Positions 12,695 to 24,800 of a stretch of 64,000 bases of DNA are shown one piece after another (position 1 is the stretch's first letter; each line of letters begins with the position of its first letter). The translations under genes and the position numbers were made by a program. Source of the DNA: Lophium mytilinum (lineage: Eukaryota). The notes under the pieces were generated by a model. That model was not told the origin of the DNA, did no database searches, and saw nothing but the letters and a program-made list of their open reading frames with translations. The stretch is from positions 765,334 through 829,333 of the forward strand of contig MU004185.1 in the NCBI GenBank assembly GCA_010093605.1, given 5' to 3'.

Positions 12695-12879
12695 TATTAA
12701 AATTAGTCACGTGACATAGGTAGTACATAAGTGATATAATTAATTGCATATAGAACTATCTATGGGCGGTGCCATGGCTATATACTAGCCATGAGGAGGC
12801 TGGGGCTCCTAGGCGCTTAACGGGCCTCCCAGGGCTACCAGCCCCCTTAATTCCTTGCACCTTGTACCGAATTTTGACA
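12695..12879 (-). repeat. 5' LTR of the Copia element
   Basis: Aligns to 4817-5001; followed on the minus strand by the PBS-like sequence. Confidence 0.93.
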
Positions 12880-14301
12880 ATCTTAACGGCTTACCGTATT
12901 GGTTTTCTAGACCCTCCTCATAGGCACGGATGGACAGGAAGGGGTGTGCACGATTTCCCCGCAAATATGGACCAGCTCGTATCGCATCACACGACACGGT
13001 ACTTCCTCTAGGACGTGGTCGTCGCTTGCTCTTTCGACCATCAAATACGCCGCCGCGTCGGAAAGACGACTTGCCGAACTGCTCCTATCTGCCTCTCTAG
13101 GAAGCATGGCATAGCATGGCATGATTATCTGCAGATAGCAGTCACATGTCATTCTTCTTAGATACACCGCGCTGCGAGCGCATATCAGTTGTCGATCTCA
13201 AGCGGCCAGGTGTTGTCCTCGGTGCTGGCCTCCGACCTGGTATCAAGGCTCACATCTACCGAGTCGGCCACAGCTTTCGAATACGGATGCCGAGGGGGTC
13301 CGTTGGGCATCTTAGGAAGACATAACTCTAGAAAGTGCTGACGCCGCCGGTGGCAGACCAAGCCTCATCTATACATACCCCGGACTCCAGAGACCCCAGA
13401 GACACCTCCCGCATTACGATCGTGTCCCCCGCCGCTTGGCCGTATCGAGCACTTTGGCCGCTGCCGGCCCAGAGTCTCTTACGTCTTGCCCGGCCTCCTC
13501 ACCGCATCTCTCGGCAGCAACTCGTGCAGGTCTGCTGGTACTGGGTCTTCCAGGCTACTGAGAAGCTTCTTGTTCACGCTGGCAACTGGTTCGTGGCGAC
13601 ATGCCTTTGGACGTCTGGTGTCTTGCTCAAGGTGTAAGTGCGCAGACAGCCTCGCATGCAATATTCCCTAGTATAGCTCTTTTCTCATCCTAGCAAGCTC
13701 CCTCACGACGGCCGCTAGAAAGATAGCGCACCGTTGCTGGACTGCGTTACCGATTCAATCACTTGTAATTTAGCGCACAGCTCAACTTGCTCTGGCTTTG
13801 AAGCATGTGCTTGATGGATATCCAGTCCTTTTCTAACGCCTGCCTCGGTCATGCCAGGATCGTTCGTTTCCTCCCGTCGCTGGGGTAGATTGGTCGCTCG
13901 GCCAACTTCCTTTTTGAGTATCCTTTCATAGGCTGCGATTGGTCAACTTTCGACTACAAGCCTTGCCACCCAATATCCCCAGCGTCCAACCCCCGTACCC
14001 CGTTCTCCACCTCTCTGTTTTGGTCTCGTCCACTGATCAGCCCTCGGTGGAGGCGCGCTGGTACAGACGACCCCCTTCTCCAGGGCGGTCGTGTTTCCTC
14101 TAATGTCATCTAGCATGTGCGCCTTTGTGCCCTTTCTGTGCTCTCAATCCTGGCGGCGCTCGCACATGTTATTCTTGTCAAGCAGCTATAGGTAGCAATA
14201 TATGCTCCCACTCGAGTCCTATTTTTTATTCGCCGTCGCCCTCGCCCTCGCCGTTGTCGTGACCATCCCCGAATTGCGCGCTTCTTCGCTCATTGCCCGA
14301 C

Positions 14302-15504
14302 ATGGAAGACGACGATATCAAGAGGGAAACCACTGAGCGAGTTGCTCCCACGGGCTCTTTGGACCAGGAGGAATTTCCGAGAAAGCGAGGTGTTGGAGCA
14401 GCACTCTTCCCACCGGGGAAGAGGCCCGGTGCCGTACCCAGAGCCAGAAGTCACTGCAGAAAGTGGTGGTGGTGTGATTGTCTAGTCCTTGTTGTGGTTG
14501 TTCTCATCATAGTGCTACCAGTGTAAGTTCATATCGACCTAGAGTTGTCCAGTATTCATTTGGCGCTGATCAATACTGCCAGCGTCTACGTCGCCATACC
14601 GAAGACAGCCCAGCACGATGTAAACGCATCGACCCTCGAAATACAACAACAAATCGTTACCGATCCCACGCCGTCGTCTGTTCATCTGAAGCTTGTCACT
14701 GTTGCTCGCAGCGATAGCAGCTTCCACCCAACACTCGATGCCTTTGATGCCGCCCTCTTCCTCGAATCCACCGAGCCTAGCATCACGCCATTTGGATATG
14801 TCACAATCCCAAAGACAAAAGTCGGACATGCGACTACGATAGTCGTAGACCAGACTCTAAATGTCACCAACAAGGACCAGTTCATGGCATACACTGCATT
14901 AGTGATCGGTAGCGATGAGTTTCGGATCGCCGTTCGTGGCCGGACAGGGCTACACCAGAAGGGCCTGTCGAAAATCGATGTAGACTACAACAAGGTAGCA
15001 ACGATGAAAGGTTCGTAATGCCTTGTGTTGCCTACTGTCTTACATTTACTAACAAGATTGCTGTTAGGTCTCAACAGACTGGCAGGCTTCAACATCACGG
15101 AGTTCCAGATCTTGCTCACACCAGAGGCCGACGGATCGAACATGAATGGCACCGTGTCTATACCGAACCAGTCAGTATTGACTCTTGATTTGGGTAACGT
15201 CACCATGGATCTCTCCGTCCAAGGGACACCCATTGGACAGGCTGTAATTCCGGACCTCGTTCTCAAGCCTGGCAGCAACATCGTGCCCATGCGATCGACT
15301 GTGAATCAATCACTTGTGATTGGCTTGGTTACCAAGAAGTTCACCGATGGGCTGCTGCCTATCGACGTTCTGGGTAATTCAAGTGTCAGCAACGGACAGC
15401 ACCTCGAATACTACGAGGCAGCCATCAAAAGCAACCCGTTGCACGTTACGCTAGATGTGGGCAGTGCTCTTGCAGCTCTGGGGTTGAACATCACCCAGTC
15501 GTGA
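14302..15504 (+). CDS. DUF3712 / Tag1-like single-pass membrane protein (introns 14523-14582 and 15011-15067)
   Basis: HCRKWWW followed by a hydrophobic TM, then VYVAIPKTAQHDVNASTL, FHPTLDAFDAALFL, KVATMKG/LNRLAGFNIT, DGSNMNGTVSIPNQSVLTLDLGNVT, typical of fungal DUF3712 proteins. Confidence 0.8.
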
Positions 15505-16460
15505 TATTCTGCGGGCAACCCACCGGTCGGGGTTTCTGGGTCTAACGTCATATACCAATCAAGTTCTTGCGAACGTTTATTAGCATTCGTACTGAAAGCA
15601 GCATTGGGACTGGGAAGGTGGGCAAGGAGGCTTTCTGTATGTACATACGTAATGAAGACGAAGAACGCTAAAGTTATGCAAACTCTCGTTGATTGACCAA
15701 CCTTCTAACAAAGGAACTGGCTGGTGACACGCTTGTGTGACATAGCGAAGCTGGCCACGCATGGCGGGTAGCTCCCGGGCTTCGAAGCCACCAGTGGCAC
15801 CCATCACAGGCCGCCAACGTGCGGGAGATGGGCGAGCGATCGTCACTTGTGCCCGCCCTTCCGCGTGGAAGCCAACTCGGCACACGTGGGAGGAACATCG
15901 GGAGGGAAAAGTGACCTCTGGGCGCGACTGGACCTGGCGAGGAGACTGCATCGACCGATTTACGGTCGGATTTGAGATGAATACAGAGGACATGTCTTTG
16001 CGTCTAGGCGCCATGCATTCCTTAGGTACGTTGTAGCGTGCTCACAGTAGCAGGTCTCTATCTTGGACATTTGCGGAGAGTACGGCTTTTGTGCTACCTT
16101 TGTAGAGCAATGTGAAAGCTTCAATCCATAAGTCAGTCGAGTGGCCTAGGGTGCCTGATAGAGAAGTAGGACTTGGCGCTATTTACGGAGTTGAGGAATA
16201 GCCTATCTGTACTGACAAATAGGCGGAAGACTTCCTCGCGGTGTAATCGATCTCCAATCCTGACTAACCTATGCTCAAGCCTCCGTCAGCGGGCGCCAAA
16301 TGACGCCACTGCAAGGGCGGGGCGGCCCCACTAACTTGAAGCTTCACCCACCTCAGCTCATATATATTCAAGCTACCCCTCCACTGTCTCTGTCCATTGT
16401 CCCCTGCAAGAGCGTCCACTCTCATAACACCCAACTCAATTGATCTTTGAAGTCTTCACA

Positions 16461-17301
16461 ATGGCCAAAATCGCCATCGTTTTCGTAAGTTCTCGACTTG
16501 ACTGCTTTCCGAAGGCCGGCAAGGCTGACCCCCCGTAACATTAGTACTCGATGTACGGGCACATCCAAAAGCTCGCCGAGGCTGAGAAGAAGGGCATTGA
16601 GGCTGCGGGCGGCTCTGCCACTCTGTACCAGTACGTCTCGCCTACACCCAGCTGATGGCACCGGTTCTGGTACTGATCCCGACGTAGAATTCCAGAGACG
16701 CTCCCACAAGAAGTCCTGACCAAGATGCACGCTCCTCCCAAGCCCTCTGACATCGAGGTTGCAACTCCTGCTGTGCTCGAGCAGTATGATGGCATTCTCT
16801 TCGGCATCCCCACCCGTTATGGTAACTTCCCCGCCCAGTGGAAGGCCTTCTGGGACTCCACCGGTGGCCAATGGCAGACTGGAGGATACTGGGGAAAGTA
16901 CGCTGGTGTGTTCGTCTCTACCGGCACGGTAATGCTTGACCCTCCCATTTGGCTACCTTGACGCAGTCTAATTTTGTGTATAGCCGGGCGGCGGACAGGA
17001 ATCGACTGCGATTGCCGCGTTGAGCACCCTCACCCATCACGGGTTCCTCTACGTACCCCTGGGCTACAAGACCTCCTTCGCTATCCTAGCGAACCTGGAT
17101 GAAGTGCGTGGAGGGTCCCCATGGGGTGCGGGTACATTTGCGGTATGTATTTCGGTCTTTTCTACTACTCTGTTACAGGCGCTGATAGTGTACTTGCAGG
17201 GCGTCGACGGCTCCCGTCAGCCCACAGCTCTTGAGCTCGAGTTGGCCCACAAGCAGGGTGAGGCTTTCTACGGAGCCGTGTCGAAGGCTTTCCCGGCGTG
17301 A
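16461..17301 (+). CDS. PST2: Flavodoxin-like NAD(P)H:quinone oxidoreductase, WrbA/Pst2/Ycp4 family (introns 16485-16544, 16631-16687, 16929-16983, 17143-17199); possible readthrough extension to 17478
   Basis: [25 protein letters not shown]...[18 protein letters not shown]...[23 protein letters not shown]...[12 protein letters not shown]...[27 protein letters not shown]. The family is clear; the exact yeast orthologue (PST2/YCP4/RFS1) is not resolved. Confidence 0.93.
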
Positions 17302-17743
17302 CTAGGAAAAGCAGAAGGGGGGCCAGCATCGGGTAGCGCGAATGGTGCAAAGCAAATATCACAAGATGAACCGAAGCCAGCTGAGACGAAGAACAACAAC
17401 TCTCAGAGGCCGGTAGAGGAAGAGAAAAATGCGAAAGAGGGACCATGCGGCCTCCCGAGCAAGTGCCTTATATTGTAATGGCTCTAGCGACTTTAACCCG
17501 AGCAGGACAAATTCTCAGCATATTGATTAATTCTTATATTCGTGAACCATTGTAGCACGTGATGCATTAAGTAGTAGAGGGCCATTAATGAGACAAGGTT
17601 TGCGCAAGTTTTTCTCCTATTCCGAGGACCAGATCGTGAGCATTGACCCGTTGTTGAGCTTGATGCAACCCGCTAAACCCCATGAATGCCAGAAGCCAGC
17701 GCATGCCTCTTAAACAAATGAAACCCAAACTTTTTCCCAAATA

Positions 17744-17827
17744 AAATGTACCAGACGAAATGTACCAGACGAAATGCACCAGATGAAATGCACTAGATGA
17801 AATGCACCAAATGAAATGCACCAGAAA
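17744..17827. repeat. 14-bp minisatellite AAATGYACCAGAYG x6
   Basis: Six adjacent units are directly visible between two convergent gene ends. Confidence 0.9.
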
Positions 17828-17885
17828 ATAACTGCCAAACCCATAAAGTCACCCGGACATATTTTCGATTGTCAGGTGTTGTCCC

Positions 17886-19446
17886 TTAAGCGCGTATAGA
17901 AACCCAGTTCTTGCGCATGCCGCCCATGAACTCGTCTTCGTCAACACGTTCAAATGGTTCTTCCTCGTCTTTGCCATACAGGCCGGTGGATCCGTAAGGG
18001 CCTTTCCGAGAAAGAGACCGCGACACAGGCCAGGCTCCACTGGATGCCAACTGGGCGAGCTGAAAATCGCCATGAACCGCGTTCACGTGCGGCTCGAATA
18101 TGTAATCTGCAAAGAACAGCTCAATGAACAAGCTTTCGGGTATGTGACAGCTCGCTCGGGCAGCCACAAGGCTGCGAGCTTGTTCAAGCACTTGCTGGAG
18201 GGATGAATGGGCCTCGTGGGTAGATCGGCCATCTTCGTGGCCGCACAATCGAGCGGCCCGGACTTGCATGTCTCCAGACCAACGGACGTTTTCGTTGGCA
18301 AACAAAGCAGAGCACATCGATGGGACCGACAGTGAGACTGTCTCCAACTTGGGACAGCCAGTGAGGACAGTGCAAAGGTGCTCGCTGTCAGGAAGCGACC
18401 CGGGGTGGGGATGGAAGAATCCGTCGTTAGATCGAGGGGAATGCTCCAGCACTCTCAAGGTCGACTGAGAAGACTTCACCACTGCCATCACACCTAATTA
18501 CATAGCTTTAGTATTTGGATGAGACGAACTAAGGCATCAGAGATATCTTACCATCGATTGAGATTGTTGAGAGGCAGGTCAAGTGGAACTCTTCTAGTCT
18601 TGCAGCTGTCCGAGCAATGGCTTGAAGATCCCGATCATCGATCGGCATGAATGTTGAATTGCCAAACACCTTGAGTCTACGTAGCTGACTGAAGTCCACT
18701 AAAGGAGATTCCAATGGACGAAGGTCAAGCTGATTCTCCGGCTCTCCAGCTAGAGCAGCTGGCAAGTCAACCGCAAGGAGTTCCAGCGACTTTAAGGGGG
18801 CCTCGGTGCCAACCAGCAACTGCGCCCAGTCTCGGGCAGCGAGATGCCTCAGCGTGGTCCAGGGCAGACTGACAGCCGTTAGGTTTGTGCAGCTTCGAAG
18901 CGCAGAGGAGATTTTCAGGTCTGTCCCGTAGGTATAGAAACCATCGAACCACATACGACGAATCTTCGACGCCACTTCGGGATAGTCGGCAAGTAGCTGA
19001 ACTGTACGATTGAGGGATCCGTAAGGGTCCTTGTACACAGCCGTGCCCGACGGCTTTTCTACAAGCTCATACAGGCGGTAGGCTTCTACAACACCAGTCA
19101 GTCAGTGATCACTTTCTGGGAGTGTTTTCCTTGTACCTCGTCTCTGCGATAGCTCAGCCCAGCGCTCGGCGCCCTTCCAACGGCGGATGTAGACGTCTTT
19201 CATGGCGTACTTCAGGCCCCATTCGTGCCAGACCCAGCACACGTGGCGGATGGAAGCGGTGGCGTCCCACCTCAGCAGTTCGGTAGGGACGGGTCCTCTA
19301 ACGTAGCGCTGCAGAGCTGTCTTTTGGAGCGGCAGAGGAGCTTGGGACAGGCCGAAAGTAAAGGTGACGCCATCCCGCTGGTTGAGCTGGGCGGCAGTCT
19401 CGAGAATCTGTGCGAGTATTTCGTATGGAACGGCGTTGATGCTCAT
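17886..19446 (-). CDS. Conserved fungal protein with F-box-like N-terminus and LRR-like repeats (introns 19136-19086 and 18551-18494)
   Basis: MSINAVPYEILAQILE...IRHVCWVWH resembles an F-box. LRR-like segments include CTNLTAVSLP, FSQLRRLKVFG, LEEFHLT, CPKLETVSLSVP. Three ORF pieces join in frame through canonical introns. Confidence 0.75.
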
Positions 19447-21099
19447 TGAACAGAGACGACTGTTTGTGCTTTGTCTTCAACAAGTATCAAACGGGGGCAA
19501 GATTAGATGCTAGGTTTCTGTGCGTGTGTTGAATTCAAGAGGAGTAGTTAAGAGCAGGCGGAGAAGCTAGAAGGCATATATAGGTAGCCATAGCGTAAGA
19601 GGCCCAGTGCAGAGATTTGAGCTGTGGCGGACAAAGGATGCAGCGGAGTGCTACTGTTAGTCATCGACAACGCGTATGGTGAATTGATGGCGACATGCAG
19701 GCGCCTGATTGGCGCAGCTCAACTACGATGATCATTCTGCCAGGGCGAGTGACAGCGGGACAAGCGCAATTGCGTGTTTGGGGCAGGGCTCGGCTGGTAA
19801 TGGGTTTCTTTGGGTCATAAAAATGCAAAAAGCCAAGCGCTAAGTGCTAAGCGCCAAGCTTCCGGATGCTGCAGACCACGTGCCAGGGAGAAAACGCTCG
19901 AGGCGTGACGGCCCGCGTTGGTCGGCTTGGTCGGCAGGGCTCCGCTGCGGGGACCGTGGTTTCTCCAAGTCATAAGAATTGCGCCAGAGTCTCTGCCTTT
20001 GTCGACTCCAACAAGGTCCCATCGTGACACCAGCATCGCATCTCCTCGGAAAGAGTGGCCAGTACCTCTAAAACACCACCCGTCGCAGCAATGTTCGAGA
20101 TATGAAGGCAAGATGCTCAGACAGCCGCTGCCCGTCTGCTCTGTGGCGAGCGCCCTCGCGGCCTCGTGAGCAGCCGGTCACTGGGCTTCACTGGACCTCT
20201 GGTCGCGTCGAACTGACCGCTGGATGGCATTGCGGAGCTTCCAAGCGCTGACCGAACGGACACCCAGCATCGCGACATTGCCAGCTCAGCCTGATCACAC
20301 GCAGCACCGCGCCTGGGACGATGCTTTCCTATTACTTTATACAATCCCGAATGGACCGTCCTCGACCATTCGCAGCATAACTATTACCCCCATAAAACTA
20401 CCCCTCCCGACCGCCAATTAGCCCCGAAGACGTCACACATCGTGGTCCCCGTCTTGCCGCACATTAGCACCTACGCCCCCGGATTGCGCTGCGGAGTCAG
20501 AGCCGGTGCTGGCCGTTGTTGGGGAAGTGGTGTTTTGCCATGACATGAAGCTTGCCATGATTGGTTGGTGTATAAGCATCTTCTAGCTCGTTCAAACCTG
20601 TCACGCCTTCCAACGTCAATTTTAGCTATGATCGAACTAATCATGTTAAAATTGTTTGGTCCTATGCAGGGGAAAGCCATGGCCACCGAAGTGCGAGCCT
20701 GCACCCGCATCTGCAAGCTCTTCCAGGTGCAAACGTTTCCAGTAGCAAGCGCTTCTGTTCCAGCTTGCCATTGCCTTCGTACGCGGACTGCGTATACGAT
20801 ACGGGGCTGCTATGCACCACTTTCTCTGTTTTCAAGCGCAGGCTTTTCATCTCCCACATTCGCACGGTCATCGCTTTCCATTTCGTCACCCCTCTCCCAC
20901 ACTTGCCCCTCAATTGCAGGAGACCGTGCTATTGAACGGTACAGCCTAACGGGGCTTCTTATACTGCAGCTTCATTATATGTACGCATGTAGATGTCTAC
21001 TCTGTTTTAGGTGCAGTCTAGCCCGAATGACAACTAAATACCAATTCCACACAGCTTGAGAATACGTGAAAAGAGAAGCCAACCTTTCATTAGCAAGGG

Positions 21100-21576
21100 T
21101 TCCAGTCTATAGTAAGAAATATATCAAGCAAGTAAGATTAAGTGCAAGTAAGATTGAGTTTTACTGGCACTTTGAGCCAACTTAGGTTAGCCGAACGTTA
21201 GCATGTTAGCAATTATTAGACGCGTAAGACATGAGAAGATGTTTTCCAAGCTATATTTTGTTCTTCCTGTTCTTTAATTCCAGGGTTTTATTACCCCTTC
21301 TCGAGTAACAGAATTTGAGTCTTGGTCCTACAACGCAAGGGTACGTACCCATTACTCTACCTCTGTATCTATTCTCATTAAGGCCTTAAAGTATTTAAAA
21401 TTATGGGCAAGCTATATATACATTACCAAAACAAGCCGCTAGGATAAAAATAATGTTGAATTTTTTTCTAAAACCCAGTGATGTAAGGTAGCTTAATCGG
21501 CCTTAACTCTATTTTCTTCTTGCAAAACTTCTATCGGTTTAGATTCGTTTCTTAAAGATATGGAATGGGTGTAAGA

Positions 21577-21607
<31 letters not shown>

Positions 21608-24600
21608 TTATATTAATTAAGTTTCCTTCTACACTAACTGTAATAGAGATGTATTTTATAATGCATAATAAAGTATATATCTATAATCCTAAGAGGCTTT
21701 AAACTATAAGTTCTATATTAGTATAAGCGTTACATCCTTATATATAATAGGCTTGAAAGCCTTTAAATAGGACGAGACTGTAAGCGTTTAAATGTAATAT
21801 AATAGATATTAGATAATATTACAGGAACGTTAGAGAAGCGTATTATAATACATTAAACAGTGTATATATATAGCCCTATTGCTATTAGTATAGAATAGAG
21901 CTTAAGTAATATAGTATAAGTCCTATCTATCTCTCTATCTATTTATTCTTACACTAACTTTATACCTTTAATAATTATATAAAAAGCTCTATATATTTAA
22001 AATATTATAAACTTTATATATACTATATATATATCTCTAAATTCTATACTAATAATTTTATATCTTTATTATTAGAAAGTGATTTTTATAAGGATTAAAA
22101 TAGCTTAAGCGTTATATCTTTACGCATAATAGGCTCAAAAGCCTTTAAATGAAACAAAACCGTCAGCGTTTAAACGTGATACAACAAACGTTAGATAACG
22201 TTACAAGAACATTAGAGAAATGTTTTACAATGCATTAAATGCTGTATATATACAACTCCGTTGCTGTTAATATAGAATAGAACTTAAGCAATACAATTCC
22301 TATCTATCTATCTATTTTTCCATCGGCTCTATACCTTTAACAATTTTAAATAGGTAAAAGGATTTTAGAAAGTTAAAGTATTTTCTATATAACCCATATA
22401 TATATATCTATATATCTATCTACCTATTAATCTACCTATCTATTTACCTATCTATCTACCTATCTATATATTTATCAATCTATCTTTCTATCTATCTCTC
22501 TATCTATCTATATCTCTTTACCTTTATTAATTCATTTCTATATCTATTATAGATAAAGCTCTATTTATATATATATAACTAGTATACAGGGTCTCTCTAT
22601 TCTTCTAGTATACTTACTTAACTTACCTATTAGGCTTAGATATATCCTCTAAGTATAGTATATATAAGAGTAAATGTATTATAAACTCTATAATTATTTA
22701 TTATTTTAGCTATATTATTATTATTATATTCTATTATACTAGTGTAGCTCCTACTAGGGTCCATGCAGCTATTCTATCTAGGCTAATTTATAAGGGGAAA
22801 TTGTTCGCTGCTAGGTAGTACTTAGGTAAAAACCTTATCTACTACTATATTTAGCATTAAGCGCCCTTCTCTATTACGTTTTATCTATAGGGGATATATA
22901 GTAGGTCTATAAAGACTACTATTAAGATATGCTATCCTAGATCTATCTAGATAGGGTTATTATTATCCTCCTAGGTTTAGGCCGAGTAGAATCCGGATAG
23001 TAAGCTAATATAGGATTAGCGTAAGGGTCCGCGTGCAAATAATGCGCTTGCGGGGCCTTCATCTAAGGTAACAAGATAAAATGGAATGAATGGTAGGCCG
23101 TATAGGCTATTGGAAATAAAAAGGCTGTATAGCGTATAGGTAGTATATAACTGTTATACTGGCTAACTAGGTAGTAATATTATTAATCTACTCCGCAAGA
23201 AAGTATACTAGAAGTATATAGGAATTATACAGTTTATAGGTACTCTATTATTTTATAGGTAGACTATTAGATAATTAGAGGGCTAATAGGCGGGAGGGCT
23301 AGCAGGATGTACTAGAATGGGAGGAGGACTAAATTCTTAGCTATATTCTTAGTTATATCTTTAGATAAAAGAATATTACTATAAGAATCTTTACTCTTTA
23401 CTTACTATATATATTACTAAAGCAGTCTATAGTAAAAAGACTTAAGAGGTAAAAGAATAAAACTACTCTATAGATATATATATTAATAAAGAAAAGTATA
23501 GCTTAATAAAAAGATCCCTTATTATATTAAGATATACTTATAGAAATATATATAGAGTAGATAGTAATATAATAATATATTATTAAGAATACAACTTTAG
23601 ATTAGACTATAAGCTAGCTTAGCTAGCTAGTATACCCCCTTAATATAGTTATATATACTATTTTTATAGTATATATAACTATATTAAGGGGGTATACTAG
23701 TACTTTATACTAAGATAGATTCTCTAAAACCTCTTTTAAAACTACTTTCTAACTAGAGTAAAAAGTATAAGCTTACTAGCTTTCTATAATTATCTATTAG
23801 CTTATAGTACAGGATTAGATATTAAAGAAGGCTATTTTAGTCTAGAAACTCTAACTTAAAAAAGTATACTAGAAGCTATAAAGGCTAATATATATAATTG
23901 TAGCTTTATTTTATTAAAACTATAAGTAGTAAGTTTAGTCTTCTATAAGAGAGAGGAGATACTTATCTATTAAGCGCTTATTTTATAGTTACTATATCTT
24001 AGGGCCCTTTTCTCTATATTTTTTAATAGAATGCTAGTATTTATATACTATCTTTATAGTAATTATATAGCCCCCTTCTATTTAATCCTCTAATTAGCTT
24101 AGAGGGCTTAGAGAAGCTCTAGAACTTAATTTATATTTATATCTATATTATATATAAGGTTACTAAGCCTATTTTTTTTTTAGATACTTTCTTTTTATTA
24201 ATTTAATTTATATATATCTCTATATTAAGTTATTTATGCGGCTATAAATATACTAAGCTACTAACTAGGCCTATTATATATTATAAGTTTTAAAATAGTA
24301 TAAGTATTATATTCTTACGTATAAACTCTTAAAAGCTATTAAACAGGATTAAATCTATTAGCATTTTATAAGGATTAAAATAGTATAAGCGTTATATCCT
24401 TACGTATAATAGGCTTAAAAGCCTTTAAACGGAATGAAACCGTAAGCGTTTAAACGTAATACAATAAATATTAGAGAAACGTTTTATAATGCATTAAATA
24501 CTGTATATATACAACTCCGTTGCTATTAATATAGAATAGAACTAAAGTAATATAATTCCTATCTATCTATCTATCTATCTATCTATTCTTCCATTAACTC

Positions 24601-24800
24601 TATACCTTTAATACATTTTAAAGGTAATATAAGGCTATAAGAGAAGTATCTTATTATATATCTAACTGTATATCTATATAACTACATTACTATTAATATA
24701 GAATTAAGCTTAAGTAGTCTAATTCTTATCTATCTTTCTATCTTTCTATCTATCCTTACACTAACCTTATACCTTTGCCATATATTCTATCTATTTGCTG
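21100..24800. mobile_element. AT-rich RIP-degraded repeat island, unclassified transposon relic(s)
   Basis: Abrupt drop in GC, TpA excess and no ORFs in the track. Several copies of a ~255-bp unit ending in (TATC)n, and an internal perfect hairpin. Confidence 0.7.

Larger units (their letters stand above)
4817..12879 (-). mobile_element. Full-length Ty1/Copia LTR retrotransposon inactivated by RIP
   Basis: 185-bp direct LTRs at 4817-5001 and 12695-12879 with TG...CA outer termini. 5-bp TSD ATCTT at 4812-4816 and 12880-12884. PBS-like GGTTATAAGCCCGG (minus strand) next to 12695 and PPT AAGAGGGAGT next to 5001. Interior has extreme TpA enrichment. Confidence 0.95.

Noticed and set aside
12769..13011. 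80-aa ORF starting inside the right LTR
   Set aside because: Crosses the LTR-flank junction from a non-ATG start; chance product of the less-mutated LTR end.
13335..13637. 100-aa ORF flanked by splice-like signals
   Set aside because: No ATG start, no recognisable homology, and no partner exons that I could join.
23780..23900. STGLD-like string suggesting a helicase or transposase motif in the AT island
   Set aside because: Too short and too RIP-damaged to support any protein family.
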